A stretch of 64,000 nucleotides of DNA from Cyanophora paradoxa CCMP329. Taxonomy: Eukaryota; Plantae; Glaucophyta. Shown piece by piece: positions 62,379-64,000 of the stretch. Every line of letters starts with the position of its first letter. Position 1 is the stretch's first letter. Both the position numbers and the translations under genes were made by a program. The stretch is taken from assembly GCA_004431415.1 (NCBI GenBank), contig QPMI01000482.1, forward strand, positions 124,001-188,000, in the 5' to 3' direction. The notes under the pieces were generated by a model, which saw nothing but the letters and a program-made list of their open reading frames with translations, had not been told where the DNA came from and did not search any database.

Positions 62379-62688
62379 GGTTACTTTAAGGTTTCTCGGA
62401 GTTACTCGGAGTTACTCAGAGAGGTTACGCAGCGGTTCCGTTAATTTGTTACCATTTTCAGTATTGATATACCGAATTTCTCTTTATTTCACAGCTGTGA
62501 GTTACGGTTACGCAACTTTTTGAATTCTTTCTGAAAATTTGGAGGGGGTCTTTTTATAGGTGAAGGTCTAAAACTTGCGTAACCGCGTAACTTGCGTAAC
62601 CTCTACGACATTATGGTGTCATTTCTCTATTATTTTGGGTTACGTAACGTTTCTCCTTGCGTAACTTGTGTAACCTTAACGTAACCTT
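62379..62688 (+). repeat. GTTAC/GTAAC dispersed repeat, copy 4, immediately downstream of the primase-helicase
   Basis: Same core as copy 1. Confidence 0.9.
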
Positions 62689-62829
62689 CTTATTAATACA
62701 GATATCACATGTTCTCTCTTGTTATCATTTGTTGGCGTTATAGAATGTAGGTAAGACATCGGAAAAAGTGAAAAAATGACATCTTAACTACATATAAGGT
62801 TGTTGTGATATATTCATTTGATAATTAAG

Positions 62830-63054
62830 ATGGCTTGCAAACTCCCCGAACGCATCGACATGGGTGAATATCTCATTAAAGACCTTCCGGAAGAGTTAAA
62901 ACCACTTGCACGCAAGATGGACTTAAAAGGAATACGAGAATACTATGAGAGAACCTACCCTGATTTATACAAGAAAAAACAGCGTGTCGAACCATCGGAA
63001 TGCATCACTGTTAAGGTTCCAAAAGGCGTAAAGGTCAGAATTCAGAGAATCTAA
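62830..63054 (+). CDS. Hypothetical protein
   Basis: 74-aa ORF preceded by AAAAAATGAC at ~62772. Confidence 0.5.
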   Translation: MACKLPERIDMGEYLIKDLPEELKPLARKMDLKGIREYYERTYPDLYKKKQRVEPSECITVKVPKGVKVRIQRI

Positions 63055-63197
63055 CACGCTGAATAATATAAAAAACAATTGTAACGCATGATTAATAGAA
63101 ACAAAAAAACATTTAAAATGAAGAGCTTCTACGCTATCAGAGAGCATGACGCCCTTCTTTTTATACGCGATTCTTTGAGAATCCGGAAAACAGATGT

Positions 63198-63419
63198 ATG
63201 GAGAAATTCGAAGACTTCTGTAAAGAATTTACCCAAATCGCTTATGGTAACACTGAAATACGAAGACCATCAAGAAAGCAAAAATTAAAAGACCTTTTTC
63301 AAAACATGATCTTGTCATTTGATGCTGATAATAGAAATACTAAATATCATAATACAGTCACAGGATCTGTTAGGGAACGTCTCCAAGAGAAATTAGCAAA
63401 ACGAAGAATTTCACATTAA
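63198..63419 (+). CDS. Hypothetical protein
   Basis: 73-aa ORF. Confidence 0.35.
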   Translation: MEKFEDFCKEFTQIAYGNTEIRRPSRKQKLKDLFQNMILSFDADNRNTKYHNTVTGSVRERLQEKLAKRRISH

Positions 63420-63597
63420 ACGCACTTTAAAAAGGGTCTTTTTGCAAACCTCCACAGAACCGTGTAGGTTTATGTTTCGATCTACGCAAACAGCTACAAT
63501 GTCCTGTATAGGTAGTTTTGAAAATTAAAGCGTTTTCACTCTTTCCTGTTCCGATAACATTCGCATTCTGAAAGAAATGACCTTAATATTAACTTCC

Positions 63598-63980
63598 TTA
63601 TTGCGTCGCGACCTTCCAATTGTTGTGATCTTTACCCAAAAGTTTGACAAAGTCTAAGATATGGATAAACTCGGAACGCGATATATCATTAGGTAAATCA
63701 AACGGCTCCGTTTCTATTTCCCAATAATTCACTTTGTAGAAATATAACAAACCGTCAGATCCCTTAGCATAATGTATATCGGGATTCTCTGTAAAATATC
63801 CGATTTGCTCAATTTCCATATTATGTCGCTATTATCTAATTCATTCATAAACATTATCAATCTGTCGATATTGATTTTAATTAAGGAAGTATTAACTGAA
63901 AACACGGGCTTTCCGTTGTACATATACGGCGTCTCCATCATTGCAATCAATCTTAGCACGAGCGTTAGGATGTCTCCCAT
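63598..63980 (-). CDS. Hypothetical protein, probably one gene split by a frameshift
   Basis: Overlapping ORFs 63729..63980 and 63598..63819. Confidence 0.35.
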
Positions 63981-64000
63981 GCCGCTTAAATGGTTTTCAT

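Larger units (their letters stand above)
41531..64000. mobile_element. Endogenous Polinton-like virus, element B (second capsid module, RING proteins, D5 primase-helicase); includes the duplicated segment and continues past the window end
   Basis: Second ATPase/MCP/penton set, primase-helicase, shared promoter motif and dispersed repeats. The left boundary is inferred. Confidence 0.75.

Noticed and set aside
54878-62688. CRISPR-like array
   Set aside because: The repeats are about 300 bp, separated by whole genes, with no uniform spacers and no cas genes.

Overview
The window has two halves. Bases 1 to ~31,670 are GC-rich, intron-dense eukaryotic nuclear DNA with many short introns, frequent GC-AG splice sites and a Phe-leading plastid-type transit peptide, which suggests an alga, possibly a glaucophyte (inference). 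This half holds a TPT/SLC35E transporter, a head-to-head formaldehyde-detoxification pair (S-formylglutathione hydrolase and class III ADH), a SET-domain gene, an F-box/Kelch gene, a beta-carbonic anhydrase, a tandem paralog pair and a hAT MITE. It also holds two tandem circularly permuted tRNA-like RNAs with the architecture of bacterial YrlA Y RNAs. From ~31,905 to the end is AT-rich endogenous Polinton-like virus (PLV) DNA, probably two abutting or nested elements. Element A has pPolB, an rve integrase, an A32 ATPase, an MCP and a penton. Element B has a second, related ATPase/MCP/penton module, RING proteins, an AEP-PriCT2-D5 primase-helicase, four dispersed GTTAC iteron-like repeats and giant-virus-like AAAA(T/A)TGA promoter motifs. 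The 6.5-kb duplication (38827-45364 versus 46397-52950) and its garbled junction are most likely an assembly artefact. The frameshifts examined in viral genes look like homopolymer sequencing errors.
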